A stretch of 64,000 bases of DNA from Schmidtea polychroa (taxonomy: Eukaryota), in NCBI GenBank assembly GCA_044892525.1, contig CM097886.1, forward strand, positions 5,084,001-5,148,000. The letters run 5' to 3'. A program made the translations under genes and the position numbers. How positions within the stretch are numbered: position 1 is the first letter of the stretch; each line of letters begins with the position of its first letter. Under the pieces are notes generated by a model. It was not told the origin of the DNA and searched no databases. It was given only the letters and a program-made list of their open reading frames with translations. Of the stretch, positions 41,016 through 50,677 are shown in pieces.

Positions 41016-42200
41016 TCCCCCCTGTTTAAAAGGCTTTAGCCATTCTACATTTCGAATCATTGTTTTACCTTCTTTATCCATAAGTTCGTAACTTCTATCA
41101 TGTAGTTTTTTTATCACTCGAAAAGGTCCTCTGTATCTATCATCTTCTTTTTTTCTTGTGTCTATCTTTACTAAAACGTTGTCATCTATTTTAAATTCTC
41201 TATTAATTCTATCTGCGTTTCTGTACTTAACATTTCTTTGCTTTTCTTGTATCTCTTCAATGATTCTAATTCGGTCATTAGTAACTTCCTTTTTGTTTTG
41301 CCATTCTCTTGTTATTCGAAACCCAAATACTATTTCCGCTGGACTTTTCCCTAATGTACTTTGTACGGTTGCGTTCAAAGCAAATTCAATTTCTGGTAAT
41401 ACCTCTACCCAATTGCTTTTTAATCTATCTTTAATTGAGGTACTCATGAAATCTCTTATTGTTCGAAATTGCCGTTCTATTAATCCATTTGCACTATGAT
41501 GGTATGGACTTGAAAATTGAAGCATTATGTTATGGGTTTTAGCTAATTCTTTCATCACACCTGATTCAAATGTCTTCCCACAATCTACTTGAATTATCCT
41601 AGGAGAACCGTATTTTAGAATCCAAAATTTCATTATTGTGTCCGCTGTTGTTTTCTCATCTTGCTTAGAAACTGCTGTAAGAGAAATATATCGAGTGCAC
41701 ATATCAATAATTCCTAAAATATACTTTTTCCCATGTACACTTGTTTTCAAAGGTCCACAAAAATCTATAGCAATTGTTTCAAACGGTTTCGACACTTCCG
41801 TTTTTAGTATAGTTTCCTTTATTTTAGTTGTTAGTGTTTTTCTTTTTTGACATAATTCACAATTTTGAATAATTTCTGTAGTTATCATTTGTAATTCATC
41901 CATGTCATAATTTACTTTTATGTAGTCAATCACTTTTTTGCAACCTGCGTGGCATAGGATTTTATGCATTTCTTTGATAAATTTTTCGCGATTGTTTTTA
42001 GGAATCCAAATTTTATTTTCTTTTGTCATGATAACATCATCATCAATCTTAAATTTAGTTTTTACATTTTTCATGATTAGTTCTTTTTGATTTTCTATCT
42101 CAACATTACCCTTTTGCCAAATCACACCTTGCTTAACAGCTGTCATTGTTAAAAGTCTTGTTTTCATTTTTTCTGTTTTAGGATTTTCATGAACTTCCAT
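40983..42200 (-). CDS. Integrase part of E2 pol (separated from RT-RH by a 1-nt frameshift)
   Basis: HHCC (HKILCH...CELC), catalytic IAIDFCG / QVDCG / LIERQ, and GPF module; no chromodomain. The ORF ends inside the 3' LTR. Confidence 0.93.
   Translation of the reverse strand: MEVHENPKTEKMKTRLLTMTAVKQGVIWQKGNVEIENQKELIMKNVKTKFKIDDDVIMTKENKIWIPKNNREKFIKEMHKILCHAGCKKVIDYIKVNYDMDELQMITTEIIQNCELCQKRKTLTTKIKETILKTEVSKPFETIAIDFCGPLKTSVHGKKYILGIIDMCTRYISLTAVSKQDEKTTADTIMKFWILKYGSPRIIQVDCGKTFESGVMKELAKTHNIMLQFSSPYHHSANGLIERQFRTIRDFMSTSIKDRLKSNWVEVLPEIEFALNATVQSTLGKSPAEIVFGFRITREWQNKKEVTNDRIRIIEEIQEKQRNVKYRNADRINREFKIDDNVLVKIDTRKKEDDRYRGPFRVIKKLHDRSYELMDKEGKTMIRNVEWLKPFKQGGCEEDLIISTI
41016..41027 (-). 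promoter_or_regulatory. Polypurine tract of E2
   Basis: AAACAGGGGGGA on the minus strand, directly abutting the 3' LTR. Confidence 0.85.
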
Positions 42201-44509
42201 ACATTGAGTACATCGTCCACACTTATCTCTGATAATGCATCTGCATTGGTATGTTCCATACCTTTTCTAAATGAAATATCCATATCCAAACTGCTAAGAA
42301 AATTTATCCAAGTTTGGAATTGTGCCGTGATTGGCTTTTTTGTTGCCATCATGAATGTTATTGCTTTATGGTCCGTTCTTAATTTAAATTTTTTCCCATA
42401 CAAATAATGTTTAAAATGTTGAGTAAAATAATAAATGGCCAATAACTCCTTCCTTGTTATACAATAACCTATTTCATGCTTATTCATTGAATGCGAACCA
42501 TATGCAATTACTCGCTCATGTCCCTGTTCGTCTAACTGTGATAACACCGCACCAATTGTGTCAAAACTTGCATCAGTGTCCAAAATAAATTCTTTCTGAA
42601 AGTTAGGGTATATTAATACTGGTGTTTTCGATAATGCATTTTTTAATTCTTCAAATGCTTCTTCACATTTTTCTGACCATATAAGTTTTTCATTAGTCGT
42701 ACCACATATAGACTCTAATATTCGTGAAAACATTGAATAATTTTTTATAAATTTTCTACAATAATTACACAACCCCAAAAAACTTCTTAGTTGTTTCAAA
42801 CATTGAGGTCTTACAAAATTTTTAATTGCTTCAATTTTATTTTCATCCACTTTCACACCTTCATTATTAATTATATGGCCTAAAAATTTTGTCTCATTTG
42901 TTAAAAATATACATTTTTCTGGATTTACTCGTAATCCCGCTTCCTTAATTTTCATTAATACTTCATTTATTCTTTTAAAATGCTCTTCTTTATTTGTAGA
43001 AAATATTAATATGTCATCCAAATATACAATAGCTGTATTCCACAGAAGTTTTCCTAAAACCATATTCATTAGTTTTTGAAATGTAGCCGGTGCCGCAGCA
43101 ATTCCAAAAGGCATTCTATTAAAACAGTACTGTCCGCTCCTTGTTGAAAATGCGGTTTTTTCTTGTGAATTATTTGTTAACTCCACTTGATAATATGCAC
43201 TTCCAAGATCTATAGTACTAAAATACTTGGATCCATTGAGTGAATCTAACATTTGTTCAATATTAGGCATTGGAAATATTTGTCTTTCTGTTATTTTATT
43301 TAGGTTTCTAAAATCCAAACACAATCTGATGTCATTCTTTTCTTTTTTCCAAACACATACCAATGGAGTATTCCAACTCGAATCACATTTCCTAATAATA
43401 CCATTTTCTTCCAAATTTTTTATAGCCTCCTCAATCTTTTCTTCTAAATGAGCCGGTTGTCGTCTAGGGTTCATGTAAATTGGGCCCTCAGTAGTTTTGA
43501 TTTCGTGCCATAATAAATCTGTTTTTCCAATGTCCCATTTATCAGCCATAAAAACTTCTTTATTTTCATTAATTATCTGATACATTTTATCTCCTTTTTT
43601 TAAATCAAATAATTTTATTGCTCGACTAAATCTTTTCTCATCATTATATGAGTTGCTAAATCTTGCCTCAATATTACAAATTTCATTAAAATTATTTTCT
43701 ATTTCCGTATTTTCAGTTATACTATCGTTTATTTTCATTAACTTGATGTTGAATTGACGAAGTAAATCTATCCCACCAATAATTGACGGTGAAACCTTTT
43801 TAACAACAACAAAAATCACATTCTCTTCTTTGTTACCGATTTGAATCTTCAATTTAACATTGCCAAATGTTTCCAATGGACTGCCATTTGCACACCAAAT
43901 TCCTTCATTGTGAGGTTTAATATCTATCTCACCTATTTCTTTGATGATCGAGCTATCTATTACATTCATTCTAGCCCCCGTATCCAATAGACAATGTTTG
44001 AAATAAATCCTATTAATCCCAACTATTACGCTTGGTCTTCCACCCATCTTATCATATACAATTTCTAAATCGTCATTTAAAACAGAAATATTATTTATAT
44101 GTTTATCCAATGTTTCGTCATAAACAAACCTTTTACTGCTATTTATTAATTTTGCCTCACAAATACTTATTATCTTCTTACAATTCTGATCACATTTATT
44201 TTCAATTACATTAATTTTATCACGCATCCAATTACAATCATTAATATCAGTTTTATCTCTTACGTCATATATAATCTTACTGTTACTCTGATTATCTTCC
44301 TTTATTACATCATATTTTTTTAATTTACTTTTCACGTTTTTAATACTATCTTCTAAAATTACATCTGATTTAAATCTAATATTTTTTACCTTTAAATTTG
44401 ATTTAGATATACTGTCTAAATTATTATTACTACTTTTAAAATTATACATACTGTCTAAATTACTATTACTATTATTATTAAAAAATATACTATACTTATC
44501 TTGGCGCAC
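42164..44509 (-). CDS. pol: E2 pol: aspartic protease, reverse transcriptase, RNase H
   Basis: CLLDTGARMNV; CLDFRNL, RMPFG, VYLDDILI; LDTDAS, KELLAI, TDHKA, NADALS. Confidence 0.96.
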   Translation of the reverse strand: MRQDKYSIFFNNNSNSNLDSMYNFKSSNNNLDSISKSNLKVKNIRFKSDVILEDSIKNVKSKLKKYDVIKEDNQSNSKIIYDVRDKTDINDCNWMRDKINVIENKCDQNCKKIISICEAKLINSSKRFVYDETLDKHINNISVLNDDLEIVYDKMGGRPSVIVGINRIYFKHCLLDTGARMNVIDSSIIKEIGEIDIKPHNEGIWCANGSPLETFGNVKLKIQIGNKEENVIFVVVKKVSPSIIGGIDLLRQFNIKLMKINDSITENTEIENNFNEICNIEARFSNSYNDEKRFSRAIKLFDLKKGDKMYQIINENKEVFMADKWDIGKTDLLWHEIKTTEGPIYMNPRRQPAHLEEKIEEAIKNLEENGIIRKCDSSWNTPLVCVWKKEKNDIRLCLDFRNLNKITERQIFPMPNIEQMLDSLNGSKYFSTIDLGSAYYQVELTNNSQEKTAFSTRSGQYCFNRMPFGIAAAPATFQKLMNMVLGKLLWNTAIVYLDDILIFSTNKEEHFKRINEVLMKIKEAGLRVNPEKCIFLTNETKFLGHIINNEGVKVDENKIEAIKNFVRPQCLKQLRSFLGLCNYCRKFIKNYSMFSRILESICGTTNEKLIWSEKCEEAFEELKNALSKTPVLIYPNFQKEFILDTDASFDTIGAVLSQLDEQGHERVIAYGSHSMNKHEIGYCITRKELLAIYYFTQHFKHYLYGKKFKLRTDHKAITFMMATKKPITAQFQTWINFLSSLDMDISFRKGMEHTNADALSEISVDDVLNVWKFMKILKQKK

Positions 44510-44529
44510 ACAATCATCATTATTACCTT

Positions 44530-45693
44530 TTAATGCATGGCTCCTATCATCTCGCCTAATGATGGAGCCCTCCCATTTGGGTGTCCATCACTTCGGGTAG
44601 ACTGAGAATCCTCCGCTTCGTTTCCGCGGTCTTCCATAGCTGCCACTCTTCCATCGGCATATCTGTCTTGATATCGTCTGTTATCCTCGTAATTTCTAGA
44701 TTGGTTTCTTCCTGATGATCGTGTGTCTGCTGTTCCCCAACATTGAAACCGCAAATGACCACGTTTTCCACATCCTGAGCATGAAATCGATGGACATTCT
44801 CCCCGGTGATGGCCAGATTCCTTACAAGCGTTGCATCTCAATTCTGAATTTATCTTGTTATTTTTACATTCTCTAATCATGTGTCCTTCTTTTCCACATC
44901 CATAACACTTCTTTTTTGGGCATTCTCGACTCGAATGTCCTAGTTCTTGACAATTCCAACATGTAACAACGCGACTTCCACTTGCTCTGTTGTCTCTATG
45001 GTAATACTGTTGATTAGTATTCCTTCCAGAATCGAAGCTTTGAGCGTGCGGAATAGAATTGAATCTTGGTTCAAAATTTCGTCTTTCTTGAACATTTGAA
45101 AAATTGCGTTGTCGATCTTGTATATCGGCAAATCCTTGTCGTTTCTTTATTACGTTTGCGAACGTTTCTTTTCTTTGCATAACTGCAATACTAGAAACTT
45201 CAATGTTGATAGCATCAACTTTACGAATTACGTCCTTGATCTCTTCGACTTTTAAAGCATCTCGCATCTTGATCTCTTTTTGGATTTCTTTGTCTTTGAC
45301 ACAATGTATCAAAAAATAAGCGACTAATTCGTTTTTATCCCACTTGTGTTTCAATACTTTGTCGACCATTTTCTCAATCTTTTCGAAAAACACTGGCGCT
45401 GCATCGTTATCTTTCTCATAATTGTATAAGTTCAGAAAATCGCCTATCAGTGTTGACGGCTTCTTGAAAGCTTCTCTGAGTCTATCTTCAAAATTAATAA
45501 ATTTGACATCGACGGCTTCATAAATCGGTAAAATATCTCTTGAAATAAGGCATTTTATCATCATATTTTGGTTATCTTGATCTAACCCACATAACTGAAA
45601 ATATCGCTTACATTCTTCAATGAAAGTTTCGATTTCGTGTCTTCCGTCGTAAACATCCGGAATCATCTTATTCACTATTGCCAGGGTCGCCAT
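44530..45693 (-). CDS. gag: E2 Gag with four CCHC zinc knuckles
   Basis: 387-aa ORF containing CWNCQELGHSSREC, CYGCGKEGHMIREC, CNACKESGHHRGEC and CSGCGKRGHLRFQC. Confidence 0.96.
   Translation of the reverse strand: MATLAIVNKMIPDVYDGRHEIETFIEECKRYFQLCGLDQDNQNMMIKCLISRDILPIYEAVDVKFINFEDRLREAFKKPSTLIGDFLNLYNYEKDNDAAPVFFEKIEKMVDKVLKHKWDKNELVAYFLIHCVKDKEIQKEIKMRDALKVEEIKDVIRKVDAINIEVSSIAVMQRKETFANVIKKRQGFADIQDRQRNFSNVQERRNFEPRFNSIPHAQSFDSGRNTNQQYYHRDNRASGSRVVTCWNCQELGHSSRECPKKKCYGCGKEGHMIRECKNNKINSELRCNACKESGHHRGECPSISCSGCGKRGHLRFQCWGTADTRSSGRNQSRNYEDNRRYQDRYADGRVAAMEDRGNEAEDSQSTRSDGHPNGRAPSLGEMIGAMH
45679..45692 (-). promoter_or_regulatory. Primer binding site of E2
   Basis: TGGCGACCCTGGCA immediately after the 5' LTR, complementary to a tRNA 3' end ...CAGGGUCGCCA. 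Assignment to tRNA-Arg is a guess. Confidence 0.85.
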
Positions 45694-45937
45694 GTTAAAT
45701 AAAACTAGAAGTCGAATTCAAATTATATTCAAAAATTATAACAATATCGGTTTGACTAAACAAATCCTTAAATTGACGATTAAGCATTTCTAAATAATAA
45801 TAATAATTATGTACGCCATAATATAATACGAATATAATACTTTAATATATGTATATGTTAATTTCTTAATAGTAATAATTCAGATGTAATTTATTATTAT
45901 AATATTATATTGTGCTAATAATTAAATCTTCCTCACA
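45693..45937 (-). repeat. 5' LTR of E2
   Basis: Direct repeat of 40771-41015. Confidence 0.97.
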
Positions 45938-45940
45938 ATA

Positions 45941-46000
45941 TTATAAGAACTTTTTTAAATTTTCACCACTGATTTCTTTTCAATTGACATTTTATTTATT
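45941..46000. repeat. Family B tail only (B4, reverse orientation)
   Basis: ttataagaactttttt...caccactgattt is the reverse complement of the B3 tail. Confidence 0.7.
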
Positions 46001-46401
46001 ATATTATGCATTATTATCACGAAATACATAGATAGATTGAAGATTAAGGAAATTAGTATTTGAAAAAAAGTTTTGAAATCAATTCAAATAAATAAATATA
46101 AAAAATAAATTGCATTATAAAATTATCAAAGTTGATTGACTGACCTACTATTACCAAATTCTGGTATTTTTTCAGTTTCTAGATTCGGAATGTAATTAAA
46201 ATATTAATTAAAACGAAGAAAGAATTTACAATGATTCTAGCTCTGTAAATGGTAATTATTTCTCCAGACATCAAATTTGAATAATGATTATCAGATTTTC
46301 ATACTGGCGAATTTACTGTAATTTTGTTTTACTAATACATGTAATTTGTCTTTTTATTGCGAAAAAAAATTATAAAACTCTTTATAAAATTGATTGTAAA
46401 C

Positions 46402-46525
46402 TAGGGTTGCCACATGTTGAGAGGCTCAAAAGTTGGACAAATCAATAACCAACTACAGTAGTGTGTAGGACAAATATCAAAATTTTAGGACTGTCCTACC
46501 GAAAGTAGGAGGTGTGGCAACTCTA
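46402..46525. mobile_element. Short hAT-like MITE (124 bp)
   Basis: TIR TAG(G/A)GTTGCCACA; degenerate 8-bp TSD TTGTAAAC/TTGGATAC (6/8). Confidence 0.7.
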
Positions 46526-47255
46526 TTGGATACATTCAGAACTTATACCCCTCTAAATCGGTGTTTTCCAAAGTGTGGATCCAAGTCCGATGTTTGGTTA
46601 CTCAGGTAAAATAAATTGGAATGGAACATTTTATATTTACATAAAAAATACTATTTCTACTTAGTTACTTTGAATTGGTTTTCAAATTTTGTTTTAAACT
46701 AAATATTAAATTTAATAAATAAGAAAAGATATTTAACTATGAATGAAAAAAAAAGTATATGATGTCAAGGAAATTTGTTTTTAATTAGGTTTAAAATAAT
46801 ATACATGTCGGAAACTTATTTACCAGGCATGACAAATACATACTTTAATCAATTTAAAAAGTCGTTTTTTTATTTGTTGATTGTTAAAAATGCGTTTTAT
46901 TAGTTTAATAATTAGTGTTATATTTAAGTAAAAACTGTTTTCTTCAAGGTTAATTTTTAACTTAACACAATATTGTTTTATTAATTAAATTATGAATTTT
47001 ATAATTTAATACTTTTCATTCAAAAAAACTAAAATAAGGACTCATATATCTGCTTTCATGTTTCTTAGTGGAAAATGATGTCCTTTCAGTAGCAGCAAAA
47101 ATTAAATGTTAAATAATAATAAGGAGATGTGAGCCATACAGACACTCAATCAATCCCAATATATTGTAAAGGAAAATGAAGAGTCTATCAAGTTAGCAGC
47201 ATATGACAAATACTGATTTAAAATTGATTGACTTTAAAAATATGGTGAATTCGCC

Positions 47256-47504
47256 TTTCTGATAGCATCATTCTAGCTTGCACTGTAGGCCTTGAACTGC
47301 CATGTTTATTTCATTAATGAAAGGCAAAAATTTCATTATTTCACCAAGAGTCTGTTCCAATATAGTTTATGTTTAAACGGGCATTCCTGAAACACATTGA
47401 ACTACAACGAGATCTCAATCAGTAAATATTAATGCTGTCACTTCACTGGTAAAAGCAGCGTAACCAGGAGAATCATTCAGATTGATTGGAAATATGTATT
47501 CAAA
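47256..47504 (-). pseudogene. EEF2: Elongation factor 2 G-domain fragment, decayed
   Basis: INLNDSPGYAAFTSEVTALIFTD*DLVVVQCVSGMPV*T*TILEQ aligns with [46 protein letters not shown]. Four stops, no frameshift over 83 codons. Confidence 0.88.
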
Positions 47505-48422
47505 TCTTAACAACGTTCAAGAAAGAAGTATATTAATTTTTACAATGATTACTACCATGTTTCTTTTTATAATAATATTTACATACATAATGTTGATTTT
47601 GATGGTAACCTTTCTAGAAAAAAAATAAAATGCTTAGTTCATATACCGTGATTAAAAATTGGTAATATGAAAAAATATTATGTATTTATGTTTTAGATAC
47701 ATTCCAAATAAATTATTTTAAATAATTAATATTTTAAATGTATTATTTTGTTAAATATAATTTTTAATACACGCATAGAAAGTTATTTAAAATATATCAT
47801 TTTATAATAATTAATATAAATAGATTAAATATTTGTAAATTTATAAATATGTAAAATTTTAAAATTTGTTTAATTTATTTAAAAAAAATTAGAAAAAAAG
47901 TTTAAATAAAATAATATTATGTATTATTTTATTATGTCTAAATGTCATTGTGTAATGGGAAAATATTGTAACAAAACCTTTTGCACTAAAATTTATTTTA
48001 TATGCCTCAACTGAGTAGCTGTGACTTTATCGCCTATAAAGAATTTTATAACGAACATAAAGATCATATAGAATCATTCAGAGAATAAAAAGGATATATG
48101 TACTAAATTAATAAAATCCTTCGACAGCATACTTGTCAATGATCAAGTTAAAATTATAGAAAAAGTTAACATGATTGTAAAGAAGGAGGAAAAAATATGG
48201 TACACGGATTCATTCTTTTAGAATGTGAAAATGTAAAGTTAAGGTCCCAACTGTTTCCTGTAATGATTGTGGCAGTATTTCTGAACACAAGCATCTATAT
48301 TTCAGAAGATCGACAGTCGGAACCTTGATTCAATAATCGGTCTATTTAAAATAATACCTTTGAGATAAAACTTTTATTATCCTTTGGATGAAAATGAAGA
48401 AACCAATAAAATGACTTTCAGA

Positions 48423-49215
48423 TGTTGACACATGACATCAGAGGTACGCTTATTGTTATCACGATATGGCAATACCTCTGGTGCTCCAGAAAAACAAAAA
48501 ACATGCGAAACTATCAACATTACATAATAAAAATAAAAAATCGTCTTTACCAATACAGATGATAAGCGTGGTCAATCCTGACGTTGATTCGATCCTGTGT
48601 GCGCGTTGGATTCGGAGATGGTTTTTTATTTGTATGCGCACGCAGACGCGAACAGTGTAATTTGGAGATTGTTTTTGATCGAGTTTTCGTGATATCTGTT
48701 TTTTGGATTTTTTATTTGGTTTAAAAATCTTGAATTTTGGACGTTTGTTTTAAAAAGGATTTGTTGTTAAAATAGTGTGAGTTTCGGTAAAGTTTGAAAA
48801 TAAAGATTTTTGTTAATTCGGTTTAATTAATTTCGAAATGGAAAATGATATTATAATTGTATGGAGTTTAGAAGATGGCAAACAGAGTGATATATTATAT
48901 GTACATTCAGAATGGAACATCAATGACATCAATGAAACTTACTCATTCCTTGTAAATGTGGATATATGTGATTATGTAATCGTATGGAAATTAAATCTTG
49001 ATCAAATGAAGTTGAATAAATTCAAATCAGTTGAAGGTTCAGAAATGATTGACTTTAAGCGGATAGTTGATCCATTGTCCAGATATGAATTTCTATACAT
49101 TGGAACAATAAAACTGGAAATTTGGACACGAATCTCTATAAATCGGTCTTTATGCTTGCCGTTATCCCCGAACATGAGTTATTACTATATGAGGAATCAA
49201 GTCAAAGGCTTTTAG
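48423..49215 (+). mobile_element. Double-hairpin/ORF cassette, copy 3 (divergent)
   Basis: Stems catcagaggta (48436-48446) / tacctctggtg (48473-48483) and ctgtgtgcgc (48595-48604) / gcgcacgcag (48636-48645), then a 186-nt spacer and a 125-aa ORF. Confidence 0.55.
48838..49215 (+). CDS. Hypothetical 125-aa protein in double-hairpin cassette
   Basis: ATG-initiated ORF in an aaATGGAA context like copy 2; no motif recognised. Confidence 0.4.
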   Translation: MENDIIIVWSLEDGKQSDILYVHSEWNINDINETYSFLVNVDICDYVIVWKLNLDQMKLNKFKSVEGSEMIDFKRIVDPLSRYEFLYIGTIKLEIWTRISINRSLCLPLSPNMSYYYMRNQVKGF

Positions 49216-50677
49216 CTGATGCTTCGAAAGAAGATGATGCTCAATACAAGAGTGAGTTTATCAGAACCAACATTAAAGTTATCCATTGAAGGTTTTGTTC
49301 TGGTTGGCTCTCATTTCCTTTCTAATAGCTAATTTATAATTAGAAAAGCCATTGCAGCAAATTTTATTATAAGATATGTTACAGTAAATTATTATTATTT
49401 CTTAGTTTTTCATAAAATTTGTAGCTAGATCTATGATTCGTAAATGAATGTATTAAATAATACAACGTAAAAAATCCAATATTGTTATATCTCCCTTTCT
49501 GTAGCCATCTACCAGTGAGCTGAGTCACAACAAATTTCTATTTTTCCCCTAAGTTAAATTTTTAAACAATATTTATAAACTTTCTTAGTCTCCTTAAACT
49601 CATTCATATTTCTAATTAAATTTTCGTTAAAAATAAATTTCAAGTTAAAAAAGTAGAAAAGAGAAAAAAATCTTATTCATTTATTTGATCTCGTTCAACC
49701 AATTTCCTTCAAATGCCGATTACATTCGCCAAATATTTCATTTACTCAAGGGACAAATCCCTTGACAAAATTGATATAAAATGAAACTAACAAATCAAAT
49801 GAAAATTTAAACAAATAAAATACAAATTTCAAATTGATTAAAAAAGAAAAAATCGAAAAAAAAATTGAAAAAAAAAATTTCAAATGGAAAAATAATGAAA
49901 CAATTACATCGTTTCAATAAATTTAATTCCATTGAGATATTCATTTGTTGGGAATATTATTCAATCAGTTTGGGAGATTCTAATGAAAACAAACTTAAAA
50001 TCCAATTTACAATCTGATTGGTTGAAATTAAAGTGAAAAGAATGTGCAAATGTAATGATTGATATATTTAAAATATTTGTTCTTTTGGATTCGATATTGA
50101 AACTAGATCATTTTTAGTGGATATCGTGGAGAATTTCTTTTTCCTCATCAGGTGAGTCCATAACTATTATAAATATTATCATTAAATTATTTCTATTTAT
50201 TTTGTTAAATTTTATTTTAATTACAAATTTGTTTTATTTATAAAAGTTTTTCAAAGATAATAATTTCATGTTTCTTTCAAGTCTAATAAACAACTTGTTA
50301 TGAGTAATAAAAAAAAGCGGGTAATTTCATTTTGTGAAAACAAAATATATTAAAAATACCGTATTTCCAACAATCTGTTTCATTACTGTCTCCAAAACCG
50401 TTAAAATTATTACAAAAACTATTTGTATAACTTTGAAGTATTTTAAATTTTAGAAGTGTTGTTTAAAAAACATTGTTACATTCTTGTGAATAATANNNNN
50501 NNNNNNNNNNNNNNNNNNNNNNNNNNNNNNNNNNNNNNNNNNNNNNNNNNNNNNNNNNNNNNNNNNNNNNNNNNNNNNNNNNNNNNNNNNNNNNNNNNNN
50601 NNNNNNNNNNNNNNNNNNNNNNNNNNNNNNNNNNNNNNNNNNNNNNNNNNNNNNNNNNNNNNNNNNNNNNNNNNNNN

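Larger units (their letters stand above)
40771..45937 (-). mobile_element. Near-intact Ty3/Gypsy LTR retrotransposon E2 (5167 bp)
   Basis: Two 245-bp LTRs, 5-bp TSD ATATT (40766-40770, 45938-45942), PBS, PPT, gag, and pol in the order PR-RT-RH-IN. Confidence 0.98.

Noticed and set aside
36904-45319. Antisense or alternative-frame ORFs inside the mariner and E2
   Set aside because: They are shadow ORFs of real coding strands, with no independent evidence.
1196-47400. In-frame TAA/TGA in PLE RT, PK, mariner and eEF2, suggesting a reassigned genetic code
   Set aside because: The stops replace different residues (G, E, Q and others), mostly by single substitutions. The long intact E2 ORFs contain no internal stops and end in standard stop codons.
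50118-50156. Minus-strand cacCTGATGAgg... resembling hammerhead family H
   Set aside because: There is no GAAA core after the putative stem II; at best a deleted relic.
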